From Nitrospirota bacterium (GTDB taxonomy: Bacteria; Nitrospirota; UBA9217), in NCBI GenBank assembly GCA_023229435.1, contig JALNZF010000001.1:320002-384001 (forward strand): a stretch of DNA of 64,000 bases. Reading direction: 5' to 3'. A program made the translations under genes and the position numbers. A model generated the notes under the pieces. It worked only from the letters and a program-made list of their open reading frames with translations. It had not been told where the DNA came from and made no database searches. Shown here piece by piece: positions 45,641-55,395 of this stretch (the first letter of the stretch is position 1; each line of letters opens with the position of its first letter).

Positions 45641-47692
45641 ATGAAAGGTAGAATGTCATTTTTTAAGATCACTCTGATAGTTGGAGCGCTGATCATATTA
45701 TTTTTGTCTTTGGCCTCGTGCAGTAAGAAGTCAGGCGGGAGCAGCGACGGAGGCGGTGGCAGCGCGGGACCCAATGAAAATATAGCGGTTGTTGCAACCC
45801 CGTCTTCCATAACCGTTAACGGAACCTCAACGATTACCGTCGCCGTAAATGATAGCGATGGCAACCCGGTCCCTGATGGGACCGCAGTCACTTTTTCCCT
45901 GAGTTCCGCTGACTATGGCAGTTTGTCCAACTCAACAGTAACTACCGCCAACGGGGTCGCAACCACGACATTTACCGCGGGTAGTATTTCAGGTGCTGTT
46001 ACAATCACCGCCACATCGATTTTCGGCTTCAACAATACCACCCTTACTGTCGGAACTGTTCCCGGAGGAGCAGTTGCAACAGGCAGTATACAGTTCATAT
46101 CAGCCACTCCCTCGATCATAGGGATAAAAGGCGTGGGTCGAGAGGAGATCTCTTTCATCACGTTTCTGGTGAGCGATCTGAACGGAAGCCCCGTTGATGG
46201 CGCATCGGTCAGCTTTACGATGGCTGGTCCGAACGGCGGAGAGTATATAGGCGAGATAGATTCAACACCCAATACAGCCACTGCCGTAACGGTAAGCGGC
46301 AATGTAACGGTTATACTGCACAGCGGATCAATAGCCGGGACAGTCACTATTGTTGCTACCACTTTGATTGACGGCGTTCCGATATCTTCGTCCGCAACCC
46401 CGATATCCATCGGCGGCGGTGTCCCGTCTGCGGCTCACTTTAACATAGCCAGGACGCCTGTTAATCTTGAAGGACTTAGCTGGTCGGGCCTTCAATCCAC
46501 AGTTATGGCATTCTTGGGCGACCGGTTCGGAAACTATAATGTGATGAACGGGACATCCGTTTCCTTCTATGCAGAATCAGGGGCCATTGACGCTCAGGGA
46601 ATAACGGGAGGAGTAACTGGTACCAACGTGAGCGGCATTGATAGTACTCCGGGCGACACCGGCGAGGCTAATGTTGTTTTCAGGACCCAGGATCCCATTC
46701 CCCAGGATGTATTGCGCGTTTTGGCAGGAGAGGCTCTTTCCCGGTATTTTGATGGAGACAATGAACCCTATCGTACGTACGGTAGTCGTACCTATAACCC
46801 GAGGGATGGATGGTGCACAATCATCGCAGCCACGAAGGGTGAGGAAACATTCCTCGATGAGAACCTCGACGGACTGTTTACCCGTTCTTATAAAAACGAC
46901 AAATGCCCGTATGGTAATTCCATCATCTGTGAATGCGATGGAGGAACAGCGGGCGGGTACGCGGGGTATGTACAGCAAGGCGAAAAATGCACTGATACCG
47001 GGAAACCTGGTGGGAACAGATCTGAAGGATTTGTAGACATACCGGGTGACCCGTTCTATGATGTGAATGACGATGGAGTAAGAGATGACGGACAGACCTT
47101 TGGACACCCGTTTGAACTCTATATAGACACAAATCATAATGGCTCGTTTGATGGCCCTAATGTGAAGTGGGATGGTCCTGACTGCCAAACATCGGGATGC
47201 GAACAGAGCAAAACGATTTGGGAAACTGCTCCGATCGTCATCAGCGGCGGACCAGTATTTCTTCCTCAACCTGACGCTAACAAATGTTATAACCTTACCA
47301 CGGATATTGCTTCCACCTGCAGTGCAACCTTCAATAAGGACGATTTTGCAGTTGCCCCCACAACAGGCATTACCAAGGGAAGCAGTGGTTCATTCAAAAT
47401 AATCGTTGGAGATTATAATTTAAATAAACTCCAAGGTGGGACTAAGATAATAGCGACGGCATCCACAATTGCATCGGCACCAACAAACACGACAGCCACC
47501 ACAAATGTAATAACCGTAATCCCGTCGGAATACGTTGTTGATGATAATTTCATTCCGGTTGGGCCAACATTTTTTGAATTTACCGTGAGTGTTCCGGTAG
47601 ACACGACTGCTGATTCGACAACGGTGACGGTTGAGGTGACCACGCCAAACGGCTCCAAAAACAAAACATCGACTTTTGTGAGTATTAATTAA
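45641..47692 (+). CDS. Lipoprotein with bacterial Ig-like (Big/invasin-type) domains
   Basis: GGAGGGGA ribosome-binding site. Lipobox LSLASC|SKKSGGSSDGGGGS. Repeated ITVNGTSTITVAVNDSDGNPVPDGTAVTFS...GVATTTFTAGSISGAVTITATS Big_1-like units. Confidence 0.7.
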   Translation: MKGRMSFFKITLIVGALIILFLSLASCSKKSGGSSDGGGGSAGPNENIAVVATPSSITVNGTSTITVAVNDSDGNPVPDGTAVTFSLSSADYGSLSNSTVTTANGVATTTFTAGSISGAVTITATSIFGFNNTTLTVGTVPGGAVATGSIQFISATPSIIGIKGVGREEISFITFLVSDLNGSPVDGASVSFTMAGPNGGEYIGEIDSTPNTATAVTVSGNVTVILHSGSIAGTVTIVATTLIDGVPISSSATPISIGGGVPSAAHFNIARTPVNLEGLSWSGLQSTVMAFLGDRFGNYNVMNGTSVSFYAESGAIDAQGITGGVTGTNVSGIDSTPGDTGEANVVFRTQDPIPQDVLRVLAGEALSRYFDGDNEPYRTYGSRTYNPRDGWCTIIAATKGEETFLDENLDGLFTRSYKNDKCPYGNSIICECDGGTAGGYAGYVQQGEKCTDTGKPGGNRSEGFVDIPGDPFYDVNDDGVRDDGQTFGHPFELYIDTNHNGSFDGPNVKWDGPDCQTSGCEQSKTIWETAPIVISGGPVFLPQPDANKCYNLTTDIASTCSATFNKDDFAVAPTTGITKGSSGSFKIIVGDYNLNKLQGGTKIIATASTIASAPTNTTATTNVITVIPSEYVVDDNFIPVGPTFFEFTVSVPVDTTADSTTVTVEVTTPNGSKNKTSTFVSIN

Positions 47693-47806
47693 ATCGTTTT
47701 GTGTATCATGTTCTCAATGTGCGCGAAGGTATCAGCTGAATCTGTATCAACTACCCCGTCGCGTGCGGCGGAGTAGTTGATTTACTTCTGGTAGAGGAGA
47801 GTATAA

Positions 47807-48685
47807 ATGACCAGGAAGACAATACCTGCAATCTTGTTCGGATTAATTGCATTAGTAAGCCTGCCTTTTACCGCAGATGCATCCACAATCGGGAATATCG
47901 CCTCAAGCCAGGGAGGGGGAGGGGAGGTTTCCGTCGGCGTGGAGTACGAAAGGGTATTCAACAGGGACCTGAGCATAAATAGCGGCGACAGGACGAGGAA
48001 TGTAAACGGGGCCATCACCACCACATCCTTTCCTGCCTCAGGTGGCAGCATCAATGATTTCAAGATGGAGTCCAACCGCGTCCTTGTAAAAGGCACCTTT
48101 GGATTTCATCAGGACATAGACCTGGATCTTTTTCTCAAAATGGGGATCGCGGATGTACTGTGGAAAGCAAATCATGTGGTAGCAGCCGGTACTGACCGGG
48201 ACCTGGAATTTGATGGAGAAGCCGATTTTGCATGGGGCGGCGGTGCCAAATTAGGCTTTTATCAGTTCTCCAGTGGTTTAAAGATCATGGGTGATATCCA
48301 GTATCTGACCTATACAGTCAGCGGAAACTACAGCGTCAACGGCCTTGACAGGGCGTTTTTCGAAACCCCGTCCTCCTATGAAACAAAGACCAACGTCGAG
48401 GAGTGGCAAGGTGCCCTGTATGCGCAGCAGTTTTTTGGACCGATCGGTCCCTATCTCGGCGTCAAGTATTCAGATATGAACCTGGAGAACGAAACCAGCG
48501 TGAGCGGCAGAACCAGCGGTGTTCCTTATTCTTACGATGAAACAGTAAATGCTGATGCCGACAAAAACCTCGGTGCTTTTCTTGGCGCCGATATTAACAT
48601 CGTACCAAGACACTTGAGCGTTAATGTTGAAGTAAGGCTCGTGGATGAGACCGCATGCAGTATCGGGGTGAATTATAAGTTTTAA
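47807..48685 (+). CDS. Putative outer-membrane beta-barrel protein
   Basis: Signal peptide, alternating amphipathic beta-strand pattern, and a C-terminal ...VNYKF aromatic terminus typical of outer-membrane proteins. Confidence 0.55.
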   Translation: MTRKTIPAILFGLIALVSLPFTADASTIGNIASSQGGGGEVSVGVEYERVFNRDLSINSGDRTRNVNGAITTTSFPASGGSINDFKMESNRVLVKGTFGFHQDIDLDLFLKMGIADVLWKANHVVAAGTDRDLEFDGEADFAWGGGAKLGFYQFSSGLKIMGDIQYLTYTVSGNYSVNGLDRAFFETPSSYETKTNVEEWQGALYAQQFFGPIGPYLGVKYSDMNLENETSVSGRTSGVPYSYDETVNADADKNLGAFLGADINIVPRHLSVNVEVRLVDETACSIGVNYKF

Positions 48686-48783
48686 GCGCCTGTTATTTTG
48701 AAGAGGGAACATTCTCAGTAATGAACGGGTTTGGAAAAGCATTCTTGAGGCTTGCATAAATAAATTGAAAAGACGTCATCTAA

Positions 48784-48859
48784 GCGTCATTCCCGCGGAA
48801 GCGGAATTCCAGGAAAAACCTGCATAAACCACTGGATTCCGGGTCGAGCCCGGAATGAC
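48784..48859. repeat. Structured intergenic element with terminal inverted repeats CGTCATTCCC ... CCGGAATGACG (copy 2)
   Basis: cgtcattcccgcggaagcggaattcc...ctggattccgggtcgagcccggaatgacgg. Homologous to 27461-27545. Confidence 0.6.
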
Positions 48860-49052
48860 GGTCTAATTTAACAATAGGGTAATATAACCCCCCATCTTTA
48901 ACGCAGGAATTCCACCTTCCATCTTGCAACCTGTTCAATGACGCATGGACTGACTTTTTCACAAACCGGCAGCCATCCCTGCATTACAGGATAATACATC
49001 ACATCAAACCCTGTCCAAAAACTAATGTGAACAAATAAACAAAAAGTAAAGG

Positions 49053-49081
49053 TTGACAATACAAATAAATATGTTTATATT
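49053..49081 (+). promoter_or_regulatory. Candidate sigma-70 promoter TTGACA-N17-TATATT upstream of pgsA
   Basis: Consensus -35 with 17-nt spacing, about 33 nt before the pgsA ATG. Confidence 0.45.
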
Positions 49082-49113
49082 TGTTCTCATTAACCGTGTT
49101 TAACGGGGTGGCG

Positions 49114-49638
49114 ATGAACCTTCCTAACTATATCACTCTCATCAGAATTGTCCTCATCCCGTTTTTTATTAATTTAATGATCTACGATTATTACCGGTCG
49201 GCACTCGCTGTTTTCGTCGCTGCTTGCGTGACCGATGCGCTCGACGGATTGATCGCGCGAGTTACCAACTCCATAACGGAATTGGGCGCGCTTCTTGATC
49301 CGATCGCGGATAAATTGCTTATTCTTTCAGCGTTCGTGACCCTGGTGCTGCTCAAGATGCTCCCGGTGTGGCTCGTCATAATTGTGGTGAGCAGGGATGT
49401 GATCCTGATCCTTGGCAGCCTTGTTATCTATTTTTTGGGGCACGATTTGAAGGCCAAGCCATCGTTCATCGGCAAGGCCACCACGGTGTTGCAGCTGCTC
49501 GTGGTAACGCTATCGCTGCTCCTGAAGGCATTCGGCAAAGAGCCGGCGGGGACACACGTCCTGCACTGGACAACGGCCGTATTCACGCTGGTTTCAGGAA
49601 TACAGTACATCGTGCGCGGAACCCGGATCGTCAGCTGA
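49114..49638 (+). CDS. pgsA: CDP-diacylglycerol--glycerol-3-phosphate 3-phosphatidyltransferase
   Basis: NLPNYITLIRIVLIPFF...DALDGLIAR...DPIADKLL is the CDP-alcohol phosphatidyltransferase motif D-G-x2-A-R...G-x3-D-x3-D. Confidence 0.85.
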   Translation: MNLPNYITLIRIVLIPFFINLMIYDYYRSALAVFVAACVTDALDGLIARVTNSITELGALLDPIADKLLILSAFVTLVLLKMLPVWLVIIVVSRDVILILGSLVIYFLGHDLKAKPSFIGKATTVLQLLVVTLSLLLKAFGKEPAGTHVLHWTTAVFTLVSGIQYIVRGTRIVS

Positions 49639-49671
49639 TAGTGCATTGATACTTTTACACGGAGGTCGTGA

Positions 49672-50106
49672 ATGAAGATATCTGATATGATCAGACAGGC
49701 ATTGGAAAAGAAAGGCTTCAAAAATCTTAAGGACGCTTCGAAAGTGCTCGGCATCAGCCCTGAGCTTCTGCGGGTCACGATCAATAAAGGGCACATACCG
49801 AAGGACTCGACGCTCATGGTGATCGCGAACAAGCTGGGGCTGGACAAGTCCATGCTCGTTCTTGCGGCCCACCAGGAAAAGGTCCCGGACGAGGTCAAAG
49901 GATTTTTCCTTTCCCCATCGCAGGCGAAGTTCAAGCGGGGAAAGCGAAAATTTCCGCTGTCCGAAGAACAGACCAGTTACCTGGAAAAGATCCTGAGCAT
50001 CGATGAAATCATGATGTTGCGGAAATTGCGTCAGGTTTCCGATGAGGCGATGGTGCAGATAAACGGGTACGTTGATTTCATGTTCGCTTCCAAGAAGAGA
50101 CCCTGA
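49672..50106 (+). CDS. XRE-family helix-turn-helix domain protein
   Basis: GGAGG ribosome-binding site and an HTH_3-like segment KNLKDASKVLGISPELLRVTINKG. Confidence 0.55.
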   Translation: MKISDMIRQALEKKGFKNLKDASKVLGISPELLRVTINKGHIPKDSTLMVIANKLGLDKSMLVLAAHQEKVPDEVKGFFLSPSQAKFKRGKRKFPLSEEQTSYLEKILSIDEIMMLRKLRQVSDEAMVQINGYVDFMFASKKRP

Positions 50107-51399
50107 TTGCTCGAGATCGAACATATCCTGCCGGGCAGTATTGCTGAAGAACTGGGCTTGCAAGCGGGGGACGTGCTTGACTCTTTGAACGGGAAAGACG
50201 TCCATGACGTTATCGATTACCGTTTCTGGGTCGCTGAAGAACGTATCGTTATTGCGTTTCATACAAAGGACGGCAAGGCCAAAAAGCTCCTTATTGAGAA
50301 AGACCCTGACGACAACCTCGGGCTGGAGTTCTCTCCGTTCCGCATCACCCGGTGCCATAACCGGTGCATCTTCTGCTTTGTCGATCAAATGCCGGCCGGT
50401 TGCCGGAAAAGCCTGTATGTAAAGGACGACGACTTCCGGGCTTCTTTCCTGCACGGAAATTATATTACGCTCGGCGCCCTTTCAGAAAATGACTGGGAGA
50501 GGATCTTTCGTGAGCGGTTGTCTCCGCTTTATATCTCCGTTCATACCACGGACCACCCGCTCCGTACCTTCATGCTGGGAAACAGGAAGGCGCCTGATAT
50601 CCTGGCGAGCATGAAGCGTCTGGCCTCGGGCGGAATTATGATGCATACGCAGATCGTTCTGTGCCCCGGGATCAACGACGGCGATCGCTTGCAGAAGACG
50701 CTGGACGATCTGTCCGGTCTTTTCCCGGCGGTCGCTTCCATAGCAGTAGTCCCGGTTGGAATAACGTCATTCAGAAAAACGTTATTTCGCCTCAGGTCGT
50801 TTACCCGGTCCGAGGCGCGTGCGGTGATCGAACGTATTGCCAAACTCGGGTCTCGGTTCAAACGACAGCTCGGGACCCGGCTTGTTTTTGCTTCTGATGA
50901 ATTCTTCATCAAGGCGGGAGAGCCGTTCCCCCGGCTGTCTTTTTACGAGGAACTTCCCCAGAGAGAGAACGGCGTGGGCATGGTGTCCGAATTTCTGCGT
51001 GATGTATCACGCACCCGGATCCCGATAAAAACGACGCCGATGAAATTGACCCTGGTTACCGGGGTATCATTCGGCCGTATTCTCAAACACGCCCTTGAGC
51101 GGTTCAGAACGGTTGAAGGACCAACAATCAGACTGGTGATCGCGCAGAACGGTTTTTTCGGGCCTTCGGTTACGGTTGCAGGGCTCTTGACAGGACAGGA
51201 CATTCTCCGGGCGCTCAAGGGTAAGCGTCTGGGAGACCTCGTTCTGATACCCTCCAGTGCGCTGAAGGAAGATGAAGACCTGTTCCTTGACAACATGCAA
51301 CTCGCACAGTTGGAGCAGGCGCTCTCTGTCAGGGTACTGAAAGCAGATACCTTCAGTGAACTGGTCAACGTGCTGCGTGGTAAGGGGAGGCGCTTCTGA
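50107..51399 (+). CDS. PDZ domain plus DUF512 protein (putative Fe-S/radical-SAM-like enzyme, TIGR03279-like)
   Basis: N-terminal PDZ (ILPGSIAEELGLQAGDVLDSLNG), then a Cys cluster CHNRCIFCFVDQ and the DUF512 pattern. Confidence 0.75.
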   Translation: MLEIEHILPGSIAEELGLQAGDVLDSLNGKDVHDVIDYRFWVAEERIVIAFHTKDGKAKKLLIEKDPDDNLGLEFSPFRITRCHNRCIFCFVDQMPAGCRKSLYVKDDDFRASFLHGNYITLGALSENDWERIFRERLSPLYISVHTTDHPLRTFMLGNRKAPDILASMKRLASGGIMMHTQIVLCPGINDGDRLQKTLDDLSGLFPAVASIAVVPVGITSFRKTLFRLRSFTRSEARAVIERIAKLGSRFKRQLGTRLVFASDEFFIKAGEPFPRLSFYEELPQRENGVGMVSEFLRDVSRTRIPIKTTPMKLTLVTGVSFGRILKHALERFRTVEGPTIRLVIAQNGFFGPSVTVAGLLTGQDILRALKGKRLGDLVLIPSSALKEDEDLFLDNMQLAQLEQALSVRVLKADTFSELVNVLRGKGRRF

Positions 51400-52244
51400 T
51401 GATTTCAGGAAAGACGTCGATCTACGGCATATTCGGACACCCTGTGGAGCACACCTTCTCGCCGGGGATGCATAATAGCGCATTCAAAAAACTCGGTATG
51501 GATGCCTGCTACGTGCCCTTTGCGGTCCCTCCCGGGGGCCTGGCGGATGCCGTGCGAGCAATAGTTCCTCTCGGTCTCCGCGGAGTGAACGTCACGGTCC
51601 CGCACAAAGAACGCGTGCTTGCCTTTCTTGATGAACTTTCTGAAGAGGCGCGGCTGATCGGCGCGGTGAATACAATCGAGATCAGAAAAGGGCGGCTGAT
51701 CGGCCACAATACCGACGGCAGAGGGTTCCTGCGGTCTCTCAGGGAGCATGGGGATCTGGATCCTAAAGGGAAAAAATTTCTGTTCATCGGCTCGGGCGGT
51801 GCGGCCCGCGCCGTGAGCTTCAGTCTGGCGCTTGCCGGCGCTGCTGAGATCGTCTTTCGAGACCTTGATGCCCGAAAAGCATCTGTGCTCGCGAATGATA
51901 TCCGGGAAAAGACCGGGGTGCCGGCAATAACCATAGGACAGGAGTCGCTCTCGGAACATGCGGCTGATGCCGATTGTCTGATCAATGCCACTCCGCTCGG
52001 TCTTAAGAAAACGGACCCCCTGCCGATACCCGCAAAGTTCGTCACGAGAAATCATCTCGTTTGTGATCTTGTCTATAACCCTCCGGAAACCGCACTTTTG
52101 AATGTGGCAAAGAAGCGGCACGCCAAGAGACTATCCGGTCTCGGCATGCTTTTATACCAGGGTGTTATCGCCTTAGAAATATGGACCGGGGGGAAAGCGC
52201 CGGTCCTGGTCATGAAGAACGCACTTGCCAGGCAGATACGATAA
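51399..52244 (+). CDS. aroE: Shikimate dehydrogenase
   Basis: IYGIFGHPVEHTFSPGMHNSAFKKLGMDACYVPF substrate-binding motif, NADP-binding GSGGAARA, and NTDGRGF. Confidence 0.9.
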   Translation: MISGKTSIYGIFGHPVEHTFSPGMHNSAFKKLGMDACYVPFAVPPGGLADAVRAIVPLGLRGVNVTVPHKERVLAFLDELSEEARLIGAVNTIEIRKGRLIGHNTDGRGFLRSLREHGDLDPKGKKFLFIGSGGAARAVSFSLALAGAAEIVFRDLDARKASVLANDIREKTGVPAITIGQESLSEHAADADCLINATPLGLKKTDPLPIPAKFVTRNHLVCDLVYNPPETALLNVAKKRHAKRLSGLGMLLYQGVIALEIWTGGKAPVLVMKNALARQIR

Positions 52245-52280
52245 CACATTATAAAATCGGGGGAAAGAATGTCTGGCGTC

Positions 52281-52309
52281 TTGACATGCATTCATTATTC
52301 AAGTAATAT
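52281..52309 (+). promoter_or_regulatory. Candidate sigma-70 promoter TTGACA-N17-TAATAT upstream of pilB
   Basis: Consensus -35 with 17-nt spacing, about 35 nt before the pilB ATG, in an A/T-rich gap after aroE. Confidence 0.5.
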
Positions 52310-52344
52310 AAAGAATATAATTTTTTATTTTTAAGGGAGCCCTT

Positions 52345-54198
52345 ATGGCGATGTCTGGAAGACTCGGCTCGATGCTGGTATCGTCGGGTCTGATCACGGA
52401 AGACCAGTTGCAGAAAGCGCTCGCGTCGCAGAAAAGCCAGGGCGGCAGGCTTGGCTCTATCCTGGTGAAGATGCAGTTTGTGCAGGAAGACAAACTGATG
52501 ACGTTCCTGAGCAAACAGTATGGCGTCCCCTATGTCGACTTGAGCAAATTTGAGATCAATCCCGCCGTCATAAAACATATTCCCGCGGAAGTAGCCCAGA
52601 AATATCGCATCATGCCGATCAATCGCGCCGGCGCCACGATCACCATCGCCATGGTCGACCCCTCCAATATATTCGCCATTGACGACATCAAATTTATGAC
52701 CGGCTATAATGTCGAGGCGGTTGTGGCAACCGAAGGCGCGATTGTTGAAGCGGTCAAAAAATATTACGGCTCCGGCGCCAAGTCCCTCGTTGCCGCCAAA
52801 AGCGGCGGGATTGCACAAGCGGCACAACCCCGGGAAGAGAAAAAGATCTCCCTGGACGCCAAAGATTATGCGATGGACGAATCGGTCGATGAAAACGCTT
52901 TTGTCGATGATATCGATACCGGCGGAGAGGTTGACGTCGATGATTTCGATAACCTCGTTCATGGCGCAGTCGATGAACTCGAGGTCATTGAAGATGAAAA
53001 GCTGGACGCGTTGTCGGGAGAAGTTGAAGCGCCGATCGTGAAACTCGTGAACGGTATTCTGCTCCGGGCGGCAAAGGCGGGCGTGAGCGACATCCATATT
53101 GAGCCCTACGAGAAAAAGTTCAGGGTGCGGTACCGGCTCGACGGCGTGCTGAAAACGGTCATGGGTCTTCCCCTCAAGATCAGGAATGCGATCATTTCCC
53201 GTATCAAGATCATGTCGTCCCTCGACATCGCCGAGCGGAGACTTCCGCAGGACGGCAGGATCAAGCTCAAGATGAGCAAGAACAAGGTCATGGACTTCCG
53301 TGTTTCCGTCCTTCCGACCCTCTTCGGGGAAAAGATCGTCATGCGGTTGCTCGACAAGTCGAATCTTCAGCTCGACATGACCAAGCTTGGCTTTGATGAG
53401 GACCAGTTGGTGGATTTTAAGGAGGCCCTCGGGAAACCGTTCGGCATGGTGCTGGTGACGGGCCCGACGGGAAGCGGCAAGACCACGACCCTTTACTCGG
53501 CGCTGAGCGAACTGAATACCGATTCCGAAAATATCATGACCGCTGAGGACCCGGTGGAATTCAACCTCATGGGCATCAATCAGGTCCAGATGAAGGACGA
53601 GATCGGGCTCAACTTTGCCGCTGCGCTCCGTTCCTTTCTCCGTCAGGACCCGGATATCATCATGGTGGGAGAGACCCGTGACTATGAAACTGCGGAGATC
53701 GGGGTCAAGGCAGCTCTTACCGGCCACCTCGTGCTCTCCACGCTGCATACCAATGATGCCCCAAGCACCATCAACCGCCTGCTCAACATGGGTGTTGAGC
53801 CGTTCCTGGTTTCTTCGGCAGTGATCCTTATCGTTGCCCAGCGGCTTGTACGGAAGGCCTGCCAGAACTGCAAGAAGCCGCAAAAACTGCCGGTTGAGAC
53901 GTTTATCGACGCGGGGTTCGATCCGGAAGAGGCCAAGTCCATCGTAAGCTACCGGGGCGAAGGTTGCGAAATTTGCAATCAGACCGGGTATAAGGGCAGG
54001 GTGGCGCTCTACGAGGTCATGCCTCTCAAGGACGAGATCAAGGAGCTCATCCTGCAAGGCGCATCGGTCTTCGATCTCAAAAAAGCGGCCGTCAACGGAG
54101 GAATGAAGACCCTTCGGGCGAGCGGACTGTTGAAAGTGAAGGCTGGATTGACTTCGCTGGAAGAAGTGGTTGAGAACACATTCCCTGATAAAAATTAG
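52345..54198 (+). CDS. pilB: Type IV pilus assembly ATPase PilB
   Basis: N-terminal T2SSE_N domain, Walker A GPTGSGKTTT, Asp/His boxes, and tetracysteine CQNC...CEIC. Confidence 0.95.
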   Translation: MAMSGRLGSMLVSSGLITEDQLQKALASQKSQGGRLGSILVKMQFVQEDKLMTFLSKQYGVPYVDLSKFEINPAVIKHIPAEVAQKYRIMPINRAGATITIAMVDPSNIFAIDDIKFMTGYNVEAVVATEGAIVEAVKKYYGSGAKSLVAAKSGGIAQAAQPREEKKISLDAKDYAMDESVDENAFVDDIDTGGEVDVDDFDNLVHGAVDELEVIEDEKLDALSGEVEAPIVKLVNGILLRAAKAGVSDIHIEPYEKKFRVRYRLDGVLKTVMGLPLKIRNAIISRIKIMSSLDIAERRLPQDGRIKLKMSKNKVMDFRVSVLPTLFGEKIVMRLLDKSNLQLDMTKLGFDEDQLVDFKEALGKPFGMVLVTGPTGSGKTTTLYSALSELNTDSENIMTAEDPVEFNLMGINQVQMKDEIGLNFAAALRSFLRQDPDIIMVGETRDYETAEIGVKAALTGHLVLSTLHTNDAPSTINRLLNMGVEPFLVSSAVILIVAQRLVRKACQNCKKPQKLPVETFIDAGFDPEEAKSIVSYRGEGCEICNQTGYKGRVALYEVMPLKDEIKELILQGASVFDLKKAAVNGGMKTLRASGLLKVKAGLTSLEEVVENTFPDKN

Positions 54199-54252
54199 CG
54201 GACGTCGAGAGCGTGAAGTATAAAATAGTATTCAAAAAAAGGGGTTCTTCCT

Positions 54253-55356
54253 ATGGCCAACCTGCACGATCTGCTCAAGTTTATGATAGAAAAAGGCGCA
54301 TCCGACCTCCATATTACCACGGGGATTCCGCCGTCGATCCGCGTTGACGGCAAGATAAAACTGATACCCGGATTGGAACCCCTGAGCGCCTCTCAGACCA
54401 AGGACCTCTGTTACAGCATCCTCACCGATGCCCAGAAGCACAAGTTTGAAGAGAACAGCGAACTCGACCTCTCCTTCGGCGTTAAGAACCTGTCCCGCTT
54501 TCGCGCAAATATGTTTGTGCAGCGCGGCGCCGTGGCTGCTGCGATCAGGACCATTCCTTTCAAGATCAAAACGTTCCAGGAGCTGGGTCTTCCGGAAATA
54601 GTCTCCGACCTTTGTAAAAAACCGAGAGGACTCGTTCTCGTCACCGGGCCCACGGGCAGCGGCAAGTCGACGACACTCGCCTCGATGATCGATAAGATAA
54701 ACAGCGAGCGTCAGGAACATATCATCACCATCGAAGATCCGATCGAGTATCTCCACCCGCATAAAAAATGCCTGGTAAATCAGCGGGAGGTAAACGCTGA
54801 CACCAAATCGTTCAAGGACGCCTTGAAATATATTCTCCGGCAGGACCCCGATGTCGTGCTCGTGGGAGAAATGCGCGATCTCGAAACCATTGAAGCGGCC
54901 CTGACCATAGCGGAAACAGGACATCTTACGTTCGCGACACTCCATACGAACTCCGCTGCGCAGACGATGAATCGTATCATTGATGTCTTTCCGCCTCACC
55001 AGCAATCCCAGGTCAGGGCACAGCTTTCGTTCGTTCTTGAAGGCGTCATGTCCCAGCAGCTCATACCGAAGATAGGCGGAGGCAGAATTCTCGCTCTGGA
55101 GGTCATGATCCCGAATGTCGCTATCCGGAACCTTATCCGGGAGGACAAAATCCATCAGGTCTATTCCATTATGCAGACCGGCCAGTCAAAGTTCGGCATG
55201 ATGACCCTTAATCAGTCTCTGTATGAACTCTATACCAAAAAAATAATTTCGTATGAAGACTGTATCGGCCGTTCGTCGAACCCGGACGAACTCACTCAAA
55301 TGCTTGGGCGCTCCGGTCTCGGAGGAGGGCAGAAGGTCCAGAAGGAATACCGCTGA
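54253..55356 (+). CDS. pilT: Type IV pilus retraction ATPase PilT
   Basis: GASDLHITTG, Walker A GPTGSGKSTTLASMI, and the AIRNLIRE motif. 367 aa. Confidence 0.95.
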   Translation: MANLHDLLKFMIEKGASDLHITTGIPPSIRVDGKIKLIPGLEPLSASQTKDLCYSILTDAQKHKFEENSELDLSFGVKNLSRFRANMFVQRGAVAAAIRTIPFKIKTFQELGLPEIVSDLCKKPRGLVLVTGPTGSGKSTTLASMIDKINSERQEHIITIEDPIEYLHPHKKCLVNQREVNADTKSFKDALKYILRQDPDVVLVGEMRDLETIEAALTIAETGHLTFATLHTNSAAQTMNRIIDVFPPHQQSQVRAQLSFVLEGVMSQQLIPKIGGGRILALEVMIPNVAIRNLIREDKIHQVYSIMQTGQSKFGMMTLNQSLYELYTKKIISYEDCIGRSSNPDELTQMLGRSGLGGGQKVQKEYR

Positions 55357-55395
55357 GTCGATAGGTTGCTGCTAAATATAATTTCGAGGTGAAAA

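Noticed and set aside
52249-54057. 602-aa ORF on the minus strand
   Set aside because: It lies entirely antisense to pilB, which has unmistakable Walker motifs. It is a stop-codon-free antisense frame typical of GC-rich coding DNA.
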